From Candidatus Parcubacteria bacterium (GTDB taxonomy: Bacteria; Patescibacteriota; Patescibacteriia; UBA1558; GWA2-36-10): a stretch of DNA of 64,000 bases. A model generated the notes under the pieces. It was not told the origin of the DNA and ran no database searches. It saw only the letters and a program-made list of their open reading frames with translations. The stretch lies in assembly GCA_018664825.1 (NCBI GenBank), contig JABJNO010000002.1, positions 14,068 to 78,067 on the forward strand, in the 5' to 3' direction. This document shows positions 18,548-28,715 of the stretch, piece by piece (the first letter of the stretch is position 1; every line of letters starts with the position of its first letter). The position numbers and the translations under genes were made by a program.

Positions 18548-20578
18548 TTATTGTTGAGATGGTCTAATACTTGGATCTACTGGATCCACCGGATCTATAT
18601 TGTCTAAGATATCTTTTAAGTCTGACCAATCATCTATACATTTTTTATCCAAACATAACTGACCAGTATTTATTCCTTGTTCTGTAAAAGTTACAGCATT
18701 GCTTCCGTGCCAAAAATTTAAGTTTCCAGATCTATTATCTTGATAAATCCCCCAATGAGTATTGTCTCCTGATTGCAGATCAATTTCTGCATTTTCTGTT
18801 TCAGAATATATATCCAATGTTCTTTCTGGATATGCTTTATTAATACCAATCTTTCCACTAGAGTGAGCTGTAAACAATGGTTTACTTGGTGCTCCAGGAG
18901 CATCGCTATCAGCCACTACTCTAAAAGCAGAAACAGGATCATCGTTGTTTGCGTCTATAGCTATTCCTACATCCAAAAATGAACTAATCATCAAACCGCC
19001 CCAACCACCACTGATTGGTCCAATTTTTGATTGATTACCTTGTCCAATTAATAGTTCTCCACCGTTGTCTACTAGTAAATCACCATCAAAGTAGCCTGCA
19101 TAAGAATTTTCCCCATTTGCCTTGGCATAAACTGCTAATGAATCATCGCCATTTGATTTAAACACACCAGCCTTACCACCAAGCACCTCTGTCTGGGCCA
19201 TAATAGCCGCACTATAAGGTCTACCTGTATCTGTTACTCCTAAGGCCGCTATTCCTGTTATTGGATTTCCTTCTATGGCAGATAAATTACCAATCATTAC
19301 ATCACCATCAAACCAACCAGCCCAAGCTCCACCCGTTGCATTAGCAATCAAGGCTTTACTATTTTCACCACTAGCAGAAAGAGCCGCTGCTGATGAACTA
19401 GCCGCGCCTACAAAGGAACTAAAGTTATTTCTATTTGGCTCTATTGTTCCTAATGTTATATGTTTTGCAAATAAGTCTTCTGTGAAATTGGCATCACTAC
19501 GGAAATACACAGCCTCAGCACTTGATTTTATATTGTCTACTTCTAGGTCTCCATTTGTTATTTTTACTGGCCCATCAAAAAATCCAGCCGTACTACTAGA
19601 GATAGCATACAAGGCTGTACCGCCCACACCATTAGCTTGAAAAAATCCAGCCTTGGCATCATTACCATTGGCGCCAGCACTAAGTGCTATACCACCTGGG
19701 TTTTCATCAAGGACTGTCAATCTACCCGGAAGAGCTGGGCCCATGTGCAGGTCCTCGGTTATAACTACACTACCATCGAACTTACCAGCTAGCTCTCCGG
19801 CAAAAGCCTGACCATAAACACCAATGCCGCCTGGATAATTGGCTACACCAAGCACACCAGTATGCCCAGATCCAAATAAACCTGCTCCACCTGTCTCACT
19901 TGTTGACCAACCACGGACAGCGTTGCCATATGCATGTACATTTAAACCTGTATCTCCTTCATAATCTATCTCAACTTGACCATCAAACTTACCAGCATAA
20001 GAATTATTACCATCCGCATGACCATAAATTGCATTTGAATCCTCAGCATTAGCATAGGCCATTATAGCATCTTGACCAAAATCTAGACCTACTGCGCTAA
20101 CGCGTAAAGCTCCTTCTTGAGCTGAATCATGAAAACTACCTATGGTGGCTCCATTTTCTACACTAAGAAAATTTTCCACTCCCCAGCTTCCGTATAAAAA
20201 ACTTTTTTCACTTGCTGAATTTGAAAATGAATAACCACCCAAGTCCAAATCGACCGTCATCGGATTGTTCACATAAGAACCAGGCAATGTATCTATACCC
20301 CCATCATCAATAGAAATTGAGTTGATTTGATTTTCTAAAGTGTTTATTTTCTTTTCTAAATCAGAGACATCCTTCTGAAGAACGCCAGTAGTATCAAGTG
20401 CTTCTACAGTATTGAGCTCCAAAGTACGAGCTATCCCAGCATTGTAGCCCTGATAATAACTGATTCTTTCTTTGTCTTTTGAACCAAAAAAATCTACCGC
20501 CAAACTTTGTTGTGGTAGAGACATGGTCACAAAAATAGTTAGAACTAAAAATGAATTAAATAATTTTGTGCCTTTCAT
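18548..20578 (-). CDS. Secreted Gly/Ala-rich repeat protein (fibre/beta-solenoid-like surface protein)
   Basis: Signal peptide, short coiled coil, ~6 repeats ending AG.FDG.V.I, C-terminal GQLCLDKKCIDDW. Confidence 0.75.
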   Translation of the reverse strand: MKGTKLFNSFLVLTIFVTMSLPQQSLAVDFFGSKDKERISYYQGYNAGIARTLELNTVEALDTTGVLQKDVSDLEKKINTLENQINSISIDDGGIDTLPGSYVNNPMTVDLDLGGYSFSNSASEKSFLYGSWGVENFLSVENGATIGSFHDSAQEGALRVSAVGLDFGQDAIMAYANAEDSNAIYGHADGNNSYAGKFDGQVEIDYEGDTGLNVHAYGNAVRGWSTSETGGAGLFGSGHTGVLGVANYPGGIGVYGQAFAGELAGKFDGSVVITEDLHMGPALPGRLTVLDENPGGIALSAGANGNDAKAGFFQANGVGGTALYAISSSTAGFFDGPVKITNGDLEVDNIKSSAEAVYFRSDANFTEDLFAKHITLGTIEPNRNNFSSFVGAASSSAAALSASGENSKALIANATGGAWAGWFDGDVMIGNLSAIEGNPITGIAALGVTDTGRPYSAAIMAQTEVLGGKAGVFKSNGDDSLAVYAKANGENSYAGYFDGDLLVDNGGELLIGQGNQSKIGPISGGWGGLMISSFLDVGIAIDANNDDPVSAFRVVADSDAPGAPSKPLFTAHSSGKIGINKAYPERTLDIYSETENAEIDLQSGDNTHWGIYQDNRSGNLNFWHGSNAVTFTEQGINTGQLCLDKKCIDDWSDLKDILDNIDPVDPVDPSIRPSQQ

Positions 20579-20684
20579 AGCATTTTATTAATTTTAAACA
20601 ATACTATTATAGCATAAATGACCTATACTTGCCTACACCTCGAAATATGATACACTATATATCGTACAATTAACCTAAAAAAGC

Positions 20685-21947
20685 ATGGAAAATATAAACT
20701 CTACAGATCCAAAGATCGCTGAGATCTTGAAAAAAGAATTGGATCGTCAAAGACACGGAGCAGAGATGATTGCTTCGGAAAATTTTGTTTCCCCTGCTGT
20801 TTTAGAGGTTGCCGGCAGTGTCCTGACCAACAAATATGCCGAGGGCTACCCCAACAAAAGATATTATGGTGGCAATGAGTTTATCGATTTATCAGAACAA
20901 CTAGCCATCGACCGAGCCAAGGAGCTTTTTGGAGCCGAACACGCCAATGTCCAGCCTCATGCTGGTAGTCCAGCCAACGCTGAGGCATATTTTGCACTAG
21001 CTGAACTTGGTGATACCATCCTAGGCTTTTCACTAGCCCATGGTGGTCATCTGACCCACGGACACCCAGTCAATTTTTCAGGAAAATTTTATAACTTTGT
21101 TCACTACGGAGTAGACAAAGAAAAAGAGCTCATAGATATGAATCAAGTGCGTGAACTAGCCCTAAAACATAAACCAAAGATTATCTTGGCTGGAGCCTCT
21201 GCTTATTCTCGTAAAATAGATTTCAAGCCTTTCCGAGAAATCGCTAATGAAGTTGGTGCTTATCTGATGGTAGACATGGCTCATATCGCTGGACTAGTAG
21301 CTGTCGGTCTCCATCCTGACCCTGTACCATATAGTGATGTAGTGACAACGACTACTCACAAAACTCTACGTGGTCCAAGAGGGGCAATGATTTTGTCAAA
21401 AATAGAAGATAGATTAAATCCAAAAGACAAAAAAAACCTAGCTCAAAAAATAGACTCAGCTGTCTTCCCTGGTATGCAAGGCGGTCCGCTAGAACATATC
21501 ATAGCTGCCAAAGCAGTTGCTTTTGGCGAAGCTCTAAAACCAGAATTTAAAAAATATCAGGCTCAAGTAATCAAAAACTGTAAAGTACTAGAAGACAATT
21601 TTCGTGAAGCTGGTATCCGCATGGTCTCAGATGGTACAGACAATCACCTCTTGATGATCGATGTCAGTACTATAGGACTAGGTGGTAAAGAAGCAGAAAC
21701 TTTACTTGATAAAGTACATATCTTTACAAACAAAAATATGATTCCATTTGATAAAGGTACTCCGTTTAAGCCTTCTGGTATCCGCCTCGGTACTGCTGCC
21801 CTGACTACTCGTGGCCTCAAAGAATCTGAAATAGAACTTGTAGCCTCTGTCATGATAAAAACCCTAAAAGATAAAAAGGCAACTGACGAAAATAAAAATA
21901 AGATAATTGAATTGATGAAACAATTTGAATTGTATCCACAATTATAA
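20685..21947 (+). CDS. glyA: Serine hydroxymethyltransferase
   Basis: [38 protein letters not shown]. Confidence 0.97.
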   Translation: MENINSTDPKIAEILKKELDRQRHGAEMIASENFVSPAVLEVAGSVLTNKYAEGYPNKRYYGGNEFIDLSEQLAIDRAKELFGAEHANVQPHAGSPANAEAYFALAELGDTILGFSLAHGGHLTHGHPVNFSGKFYNFVHYGVDKEKELIDMNQVRELALKHKPKIILAGASAYSRKIDFKPFREIANEVGAYLMVDMAHIAGLVAVGLHPDPVPYSDVVTTTTHKTLRGPRGAMILSKIEDRLNPKDKKNLAQKIDSAVFPGMQGGPLEHIIAAKAVAFGEALKPEFKKYQAQVIKNCKVLEDNFREAGIRMVSDGTDNHLLMIDVSTIGLGGKEAETLLDKVHIFTNKNMIPFDKGTPFKPSGIRLGTAALTTRGLKESEIELVASVMIKTLKDKKATDENKNKIIELMKQFELYPQL

Positions 21948-21952
21948 AAAAT

Positions 21953-22798
21953 ATGAACAAAATGATTGATGGCAAAAAACTTGCCGAAAACATCCAGGTA
22001 GAAATAAGTAAAGAAATATTCCAAAAAGGCATCAGACCTAGTTTGGCAGTTGTTTTGGTAGGAGATGATCCGGCTAGCAGACTTTATGTAAACCTCAAAA
22101 AGAAAGCCAGTCAAAAAGTAGGTATTGATTTCCATGAATATCTTTTGGTCAAAAAATCTACCGAACAAGAAGTCCTAGAAACTATAGATTTTTTAAATAA
22201 AGACAAAGATATAGATGCTATATTGATTCAACTACCACTACCAAAGCATTTTGATACTGACAAAATCATCCAGGCTATGGATCCAGCCAAAGATGTCGAT
22301 GGATTTCATCCAGCTAGTATAAAAAAGTTTCTAAAAGGTCAATCTGGTTTTGTGCCGGGCTTGGCTCTAGGAATTTTTAAACTAATCAAAAGCACGGAAG
22401 AAGAACTCAAAGGTAAAAACGCTGTCATCGTAGCCAAGAGTGATATCCTCTACCAACCAGTAGCCAAATTACTAAACGATCAAGGTGTAGCTACCGCTAT
22501 TGTCCGTCCAGATGACAGAAACCTAAAAGACGAAACAATAAAAGCTGACATTTTGATAGTGGCTTGTGGTTCTCCATTTTTTATCAAAGAGGATATGGTC
22601 AAACAAGATTCTATTGTGATAGATGTGGGCACCAACAAAATAGACAATGATTATATTGTGGGTGACGTAGACTATACAAATGTATTCCAAAAGGCCAAAT
22701 TTATCACGCCGGTCCCAGGAGGAGTCGGACCAATGACCGTAGCAATGCTACTCTACAATACTCTCCAACTAGCTGAAAATAAAAAAACCGCCGAATAG
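21953..22798 (+). CDS. folD: Bifunctional methylene-THF dehydrogenase/cyclohydrolase
   Basis: IDGKKLA, ILIQLPLP, KDVDGFHP, IDVG.N, ITPVPGGVGPMTVAML. Confidence 0.96.
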   Translation: MNKMIDGKKLAENIQVEISKEIFQKGIRPSLAVVLVGDDPASRLYVNLKKKASQKVGIDFHEYLLVKKSTEQEVLETIDFLNKDKDIDAILIQLPLPKHFDTDKIIQAMDPAKDVDGFHPASIKKFLKGQSGFVPGLALGIFKLIKSTEEELKGKNAVIVAKSDILYQPVAKLLNDQGVATAIVRPDDRNLKDETIKADILIVACGSPFFIKEDMVKQDSIVIDVGTNKIDNDYIVGDVDYTNVFQKAKFITPVPGGVGPMTVAMLLYNTLQLAENKKTAE

Positions 22799-22806
22799 GC
22801 GGTTTT
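22783..22806 (+). terminator. Terminator overlapping folD stop
   Basis: AAAACCGCC-GAATA-GGCGGTTTT. Confidence 0.7.
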
Positions 22807-22913
22807 AAAATATGATATTTATAGATATTGACAAAAAATCAAAATAAACTACAATACTTGGTTCGAGTTCATTTTAGCAAAAAACGTTCGAATCCCTAAA
22901 AAAGGAGTAAATA

Positions 22914-23867
22914 ATGAGTGGCACTTTTGAGATTCATGTCTTACCTCGTCAGGTAATGACCCAGGAACAGTTTCTAAGCGAAACACCCCCATGTTCTATT
23001 GCTCTTGATGGAGTAGTGAGTGGAGGTCCCTACTTTGACCCAGTATCTCTCCACATCAACTTTGATCACCATGACAATGTGGTGCGCGAAGCTACGATGA
23101 GTACTGCCAAGCAGGTCTTTGTGGCTATCAAGGGTGGCTTGATGAAATCATTTCGTGAAGATGGTCGAGCTCATGCTCACATCTACATCAATGACACCGA
23201 TCAAGACACTTCTTTGGCCGTCTGGCTTCTGATGAACTACACCCTCTTTGAAGGTACACAAAGTGTACCCTTGATCAGTCGTATCCTGGACCTGTCCGAC
23301 AAGTGGGATATCACCGGCGGAGCATTTCCGGTCAACCTCAAAGAAGAAGTTGTCCGTCAACACAACTGGATTTTCGAGCCTTATTCCAATTTGCGTAAAT
23401 CTGGCCAATTGGCCAACGCTGACGCAGATGTAATGCGCGACAACCTGGATGCTGTGATGGCTCGCTTGACCAAGGCTATGATGGGCGAAGCTGGTGAAGT
23501 TGATCTCGATACTCGTCACGAAATTTTGTGTGATCATCCGATCTTCAAAATCGTTGATGAAATCGGTGGCAACGAAGCTCGCTACTACCTCTATAGCCAA
23601 GGCATGAATGCTTTTGTCAGCATCGTCGCCAGACGTGAAGACAAAAGTACTGTCTACGTAGTTGGTCGTCGCTCCCAATACATCCCCTTTCCTGTCAGTC
23701 AAATTCTGACTGCTCTAAACCAGGCTGAATTTGCCAAACGAGGCAAAGAGTTGGTTGAAGGTGACCAATGGGGTGGCTCCGATCTAATCGGAGGATCTCC
23801 CAGATCATCAGGCAGTGTACTGACCTGGGAAGAGATCAAGGATGTTCTGTTGAACGTTGTAGAATAA
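22914..23867 (+). CDS. Hypothetical protein, possible DHH-like phosphoesterase
   Basis: IALDG, NFDHH, NDTDQD acidic/His motifs and C-terminal WGG...GGSPR; own promoter (TTGACA 22828/TACAAT 22850) and SD AAGGAG. Confidence 0.6.
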   Translation: MSGTFEIHVLPRQVMTQEQFLSETPPCSIALDGVVSGGPYFDPVSLHINFDHHDNVVREATMSTAKQVFVAIKGGLMKSFREDGRAHAHIYINDTDQDTSLAVWLLMNYTLFEGTQSVPLISRILDLSDKWDITGGAFPVNLKEEVVRQHNWIFEPYSNLRKSGQLANADADVMRDNLDAVMARLTKAMMGEAGEVDLDTRHEILCDHPIFKIVDEIGGNEARYYLYSQGMNAFVSIVARREDKSTVYVVGRRSQYIPFPVSQILTALNQAEFAKRGKELVEGDQWGGSDLIGGSPRSSGSVLTWEEIKDVLLNVVE

Positions 23868-23880
23868 TCTACACAAAAAC

Positions 23881-23920
23881 AAAAGCGGGCTGGAAAAATT
23901 TCCAGCCCGCTCTTTATTTT
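23881..23920. terminator. Bidirectional terminator
   Basis: AGCGGGCTGGAAA-AA-TTTCCAGCCCGCT long perfect stem. Confidence 0.85.
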
Positions 23921-24704
23921 ATAATAATGTATTTTGCCAACTATCCATCTTACCTCCCAGTTTGAGATCTTTTATCCTGTCAATATCAAACATTCTTATA
24001 GCCTGTCGGAGATGACAGTAGGCTTTTATTTTATTTCCGGTAATTCGCTGAACATCAATCTTTCTTGAGGTGGTTTTGCCTGATTCATCCATATACTCTA
24101 TTTCCAACTGATCACCGTCTTTGAGGGCATCATGGACTTTTTGCTCAACTGTCCGACCATTGTTGTTGCCCCAACGAGCAATTATCTTTTCTTTGTGTCC
24201 AGAATTTTGATACCACATATGACCATGCTTCAAACCATAATCATATACTTCTTTGGTGACTTTGACATCATCTAAACAATACCTTATCAGATTGTCCCAA
24301 TCTTCATTGCGGTAATACACGATAGCATCAAGACCAGAGCCAGATTTGCCATAGCCTAGTGTGCTCTGTGCTACACTCTCTAGTTTCAGTCTATGCCCCA
24401 AAGCATGAACTACTTCTTCCAAGATATCCAAGTGAGGTATAGTAGATAAATCAAAATCTTTGTAATATGGCTGAAGAGCGGTATTATCAAAACTCTTACT
24501 ATTGAAACCGATCAACAATTCTGTATTTTTAAATATCTCCAAAAGCTCCCCAAACTCCTCTTCTTTGAAAGCACGATATTGATCTCTATTATAAGAATAA
24601 ATACCAACCACGGATACTTCCATTTTATCAATATGATCATAACCACCGACCTCGTCAAAGGTCTTTTTGGTTTCTAAATCAAATACTATTTTATCTTTTT
24701 TCAT
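23919..24704 (-). CDS. RNase H-like (DEDD/YprB-type) exonuclease fused to C-terminal WYL domain
   Basis: IVFDLET, IGFNS..FD, YCLDDV (exo I-III); C-terminus LEIEYMDESGKTTSRKI...AYCHLRQAIRMFDIDRI matches the WYL pattern. Confidence 0.8.
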   Translation of the reverse strand: MKKDKIVFDLETKKTFDEVGGYDHIDKMEVSVVGIYSYNRDQYRAFKEEEFGELLEIFKNTELLIGFNSKSFDNTALQPYYKDFDLSTIPHLDILEEVVHALGHRLKLESVAQSTLGYGKSGSGLDAIVYYRNEDWDNLIRYCLDDVKVTKEVYDYGLKHGHMWYQNSGHKEKIIARWGNNNGRTVEQKVHDALKDGDQLEIEYMDESGKTTSRKIDVQRITGNKIKAYCHLRQAIRMFDIDRIKDLKLGGKMDSWQNTLL

Positions 24705-24736
24705 AACGCATTATATTATAACAAAATTTTGAAAAA

Positions 24737-26779
24737 TTACCAGTTATCGACGTCAGGCAAGAAGCCATCGCTTCTTTCGTTTTTTTCATGATCCTCAAAA
24801 TCTCCATCGGACTCATAAGACACTCCATCACCACTAGCATAAGTAATATTCCTTGATAGCTCATTGTGATTCAAAAGATTGCCATCTATGTCTGATATAA
24901 AAATTGAAGGCTGCATGCTTTTGTGTCCATCAAATCTATAAACCGACATCGGATAAGTGAGATAGAGGTGCTTCATGGCCCTAGTGATAGCCACATAGAG
25001 CAATCTTCTTTCTTCTTCTTGCTCGTGTTCGGTCACAGCTAGTGGATGTGGGAAAGATTGAGTGGTCAAATTCATAATAAACACCGCTGGCCACTCCAAT
25101 CCTTTTGATTGATGGACTGTACTCAATACCACTACATCATTGTCCTGCTTTTGAGCCTGTCTGACTGTAAAATTTTCTTGCAAACTTACTTCTGTCAAAA
25201 ATGAGCCTAAATCATCATAAGATGAAGCAAAGGCCGCCAACTGCCCCAAATCATCTTCACGTTGATAATGATCGGGAAATTTTTCTATCAAATAATCTCG
25301 GTATTTTTCATTGACTGCTTTTATCAATTCTCCAATATTTTTTTGTTTTTGATGGAAAAGACTAGATAACACTTCATTTACCTTATTCCAACTTTGTGTT
25401 GCTTTTTCTGATAGTTTTGGTTTTACTCCTGGCAATTCCTCCAAAGTTTTTATCTGTGATGTTTCTGTAATTATTTTTTTAGCAGTTGCTGGACCCACTC
25501 CTTCATAAAGTTGCAGAACTCTTTGCCAAGATATAGCATCTTTATGATTATACAAAATCCTTAGCCAGGCTGCCACGTCTTTGATGTGTGCTCTTTCAAA
25601 AAATTTCAAACCACCGCGCATCTCATAGTCTATACCTCTTTTGTTGAGCTCCATTTCAAGTGATTGAGAATGGTGAGCTGCTCGAAATAATATCGCTATT
25701 TGTTTTGGTCTCAATCCATCAGCCATCAAGCCTTGGATCCTATCGGTAATCATGATAGCCTCTTCTATATTGTTGCGCACAGCTGACAACTCGGGCCTAG
25801 TATAACTAGGCAAAACAGCTGATAATTTTTTTGTAAATTGTTTTTTATTTTTAGATATAACATTATTGGCCAGATTCAAAATCTCTGGTGTAGAACGATA
25901 ATTTGTTTCTAGCTTGTGGGTTTTAGCATTTTTAAATTTTTTGGGGAAATCCAAAATATTTCTGATATCAGCCGCCCTAAAAGAATAAATACTCTGAGCA
26001 TCATCGCCTACTGCCAAAATATTTTGATGGCTTTCAGCTAGATTATAAACAATCTCCGCCTGGACTGTATTTGTATCTTGATACTCATCTACCAAGATAT
26101 AATCCCACTTGGCATCAAGGATAGGACCTATCTTTGGATGCTCAGTCAAAGTTTTCCAAAATGATAACAAGTCATCAAAATCCAAAAGACTATTGGCTTG
26201 TTTTCTTTTTTTGTACTCAGCTAGAACTTTTTCAAAAAATTCTACTATTGGTAGCCATTCCGGAAACTTGGCGTCTAGACTTTCCTCTACCTTGATACCT
26301 GAATTGATCGCAAAACTAATCACCTCGCTGATTATAGCTGGTGAGGGTTTACTTTTGTCTGGCAAATTTCCAAAAAGCTCTTTACTTATATTTTTGAGTA
26401 GAGTTTTTTTGTCTTCTTGATCCAAGATTGCAAAACCAGGTTCAACACCAATATGCTTTCCGTATATTCGAAGTAATCGATTGCCCACTGAATGAAAAGT
26501 ACCTCCCCAAAGAGAGAGTTTATTGTCCTTCTGTAAACCTATGAGATTTTTTACTCGCTCCATCATCTCGGCTGCCGCCTTGTTGGTAAAGGTGAGTAGT
26601 AATATCCTCTCTGGCTTGATACCTTGTTCCAAGAGCCAGGCCACCCGATAGGTCAATGTACGCGTCTTACCGCTACCTGCTCCTGCTAAAACCAAATGAG
26701 GCCCATCACCTGCTGTGACGACCTCGTGTTGTGCTGAATTTAGCTCTTTTTCAAAATCAATTTTAATCATAGTAGACAT
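24737..26779 (-). CDS. UvrD/PcrA-like superfamily 1 DNA helicase
   Basis: AGAGSGKT, LTFTNKAA, VDEYQDTN, VGDDAQSIYSFR, STVHQSKGLEW, EERRLLYVAITRA. Confidence 0.93.
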   Translation of the reverse strand: MSTMIKIDFEKELNSAQHEVVTAGDGPHLVLAGAGSGKTRTLTYRVAWLLEQGIKPERILLLTFTNKAAAEMMERVKNLIGLQKDNKLSLWGGTFHSVGNRLLRIYGKHIGVEPGFAILDQEDKKTLLKNISKELFGNLPDKSKPSPAIISEVISFAINSGIKVEESLDAKFPEWLPIVEFFEKVLAEYKKRKQANSLLDFDDLLSFWKTLTEHPKIGPILDAKWDYILVDEYQDTNTVQAEIVYNLAESHQNILAVGDDAQSIYSFRAADIRNILDFPKKFKNAKTHKLETNYRSTPEILNLANNVISKNKKQFTKKLSAVLPSYTRPELSAVRNNIEEAIMITDRIQGLMADGLRPKQIAILFRAAHHSQSLEMELNKRGIDYEMRGGLKFFERAHIKDVAAWLRILYNHKDAISWQRVLQLYEGVGPATAKKIITETSQIKTLEELPGVKPKLSEKATQSWNKVNEVLSSLFHQKQKNIGELIKAVNEKYRDYLIEKFPDHYQREDDLGQLAAFASSYDDLGSFLTEVSLQENFTVRQAQKQDNDVVVLSTVHQSKGLEWPAVFIMNLTTQSFPHPLAVTEHEQEEERRLLYVAITRAMKHLYLTYPMSVYRFDGHKSMQPSIFISDIDGNLLNHNELSRNITYASGDGVSYESDGDFEDHEKNERSDGFLPDVDNW

Positions 26780-26844
26780 ATTATAACCAATCATTGATTT
26801 AATTACAAATATATGATTTAATTCTTGCGTTATACTATAAAATT

Positions 26845-27906
26845 ATGTCATTTTCCTTAGGAATCGTCGGCTTACCAAACGTCGGCAAATCAACATTATT
26901 TCAAGCATTGACCCGCAATAAGGTAGAAGCATCAAACTACCCGTTTTGTACTATTGATCCAAACGTCGGAGTCGTGCCAGTACCTGATCCTCGTCTAGTC
27001 CAGCTAGCCGAGCTTTCTAAATCTGAAAAAATCATCCCAACTGCCATAGAATTTGTCGATATCGCCGGTCTTGTCCAGGGTGCTTCTGAAGGTGAAGGTC
27101 TAGGAAACAAATTTTTGTCACATATTCGAGAAGTAGATGCTATCGTCCAGGTAGTGAGGAAATTTTCTGACTCAAACGTCACTCATGTTCACGGTAATAT
27201 TGATCCAGAATACGACAAGCAAATCATCAACCTCGAACTCATCATGGCTGACCTTGATACTGTGACAAAACATCTAGAAAAAGTGATTTCCAAAATGAAG
27301 GGTCCTTATGACAAAATATTGGACAAAGAAAAAGTATTGCTCGAAAAAGTAAAAGCCACTTTGGACGAAAATAAACTGGCCAATACTTTGGAACTTGACG
27401 AAGAAGAAAGTAAAATACTAAAACAACTCAATCTACTTTCTATCAAACCAATTATATATTTATACAACATAGACGAAGCTGATGTCGATAAAGATCTGGG
27501 CTTGCCCGAACACTCTCTGGCTATCTGCGCCAAAACCGAAGCCGAGTTGGCTGATCTAGATCCAGTAGAAGCTAGTGAATATCTAAAAGAACTAGGTATA
27601 GAAAAAAGTGGTCTAGAAAACCTGATTGTCACCAGCTATAAACTTTTGAACTTGCTTACTTTTTTGACAACGGGACCAGAAGAAACAAAAGCCTGGACTA
27701 CTACTGATGGCGCCAAAGCTCCTCAAGCAGCTGGAGTCATCCACACTGACTTTGAAAAAGGTTTTATCCGAGCCGAAGTCATAAACTGGGAAGAACTACT
27801 AGATGCTGGCGGCTGGAATCAAGCTAGAGAAGCCGGAAAAATGCGCATGGAAGGAAAGGAATATATCATCAAAGATGGTGACACGGTCCATTTTCATTTC
27901 AACTAA
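26845..27906 (+). CDS. ychF: Ribosome-binding ATPase YchF
   Basis: GIVGLPNVGKST, NYPFCTIDPN, GEGLGNKFL, TGS domain APQAAGVIHTDFEKGFIRAE. Confidence 0.97.
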   Translation: MSFSLGIVGLPNVGKSTLFQALTRNKVEASNYPFCTIDPNVGVVPVPDPRLVQLAELSKSEKIIPTAIEFVDIAGLVQGASEGEGLGNKFLSHIREVDAIVQVVRKFSDSNVTHVHGNIDPEYDKQIINLELIMADLDTVTKHLEKVISKMKGPYDKILDKEKVLLEKVKATLDENKLANTLELDEEESKILKQLNLLSIKPIIYLYNIDEADVDKDLGLPEHSLAICAKTEAELADLDPVEASEYLKELGIEKSGLENLIVTSYKLLNLLTFLTTGPEETKAWTTTDGAKAPQAAGVIHTDFEKGFIRAEVINWEELLDAGGWNQAREAGKMRMEGKEYIIKDGDTVHFHFN

Positions 27907-27968
27907 TAATCATTGCCGAACGAGCCTAATAATGCTAAAATTAAAGCATATTTATTATAATAAAACTC

Positions 27969-28715
27969 ATGTCCGACAAGAAAATTATTGCCGTTTTGCC
28001 AGCCTACAACGCTGCTAAAACACTAAAGCTAACTTTGGATGATATACCAGAGGGTAGTGTAGACGAAATCATACTCGTAGACGATTGTTCACAGGACAAC
28101 ACAGTAGAAGTGGCCAAACAGCTAGGCATAAAAGTTATTGTTCACGAAAAAAATAAGGGCTATGGTGGCAACCAAAAAACTTGTTATCGCGAAGCTCTCA
28201 AAAGTGGAGCTGATATTGCCATCATGATTCACCCTGACCATCAATACAATCCAAAGTTGGTTCCTCAGATGCTAAAACCACTGATAGACGAAGAGTGTGA
28301 TGCTGTATTTGGATCTAGGATGATCTACAAAAAAGATGCCTTAGCTGGCGGTATGCCAAAATGGAAATTTGCTGCCAATATTTTCCTAACCAGTTTAGAA
28401 AATATTTTATTGGGCACAAAACTAGCAGAATACCACTCAGGATTTAGAGCTTATTCAAAAAAAGCCTTGGAGACTCTACCACTAGAAGAAAACTCAGATA
28501 ATTTTGTTTTTGATACAGAAATCATTGTCCAACTTGTGGCCAATGATTTTAAAATAAAAGAAATCCCTATCAATACAAAATATTTTAAAGATGCCTCAAA
28601 CGTTGGTCTAAAACAAGGCATGAAATATGGTACTGATATATTGCGTACAATGGGCAAATATAAATTGCACCAATGGGGAATCAAAAAAAGATCTCAATTT
28701 AAAAAAGTCACTTAA
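27969..28715 (+). CDS. GT2 glycosyltransferase (polyprenol-phosphate sugar synthase-like)
   Basis: LPAYNA, LVDDCSQD, NKGYGGNQK, HPDHQY, HSGFRAY. Confidence 0.9.
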   Translation: MSDKKIIAVLPAYNAAKTLKLTLDDIPEGSVDEIILVDDCSQDNTVEVAKQLGIKVIVHEKNKGYGGNQKTCYREALKSGADIAIMIHPDHQYNPKLVPQMLKPLIDEECDAVFGSRMIYKKDALAGGMPKWKFAANIFLTSLENILLGTKLAEYHSGFRAYSKKALETLPLEENSDNFVFDTEIIVQLVANDFKIKEIPINTKYFKDASNVGLKQGMKYGTDILRTMGKYKLHQWGIKKRSQFKKVT

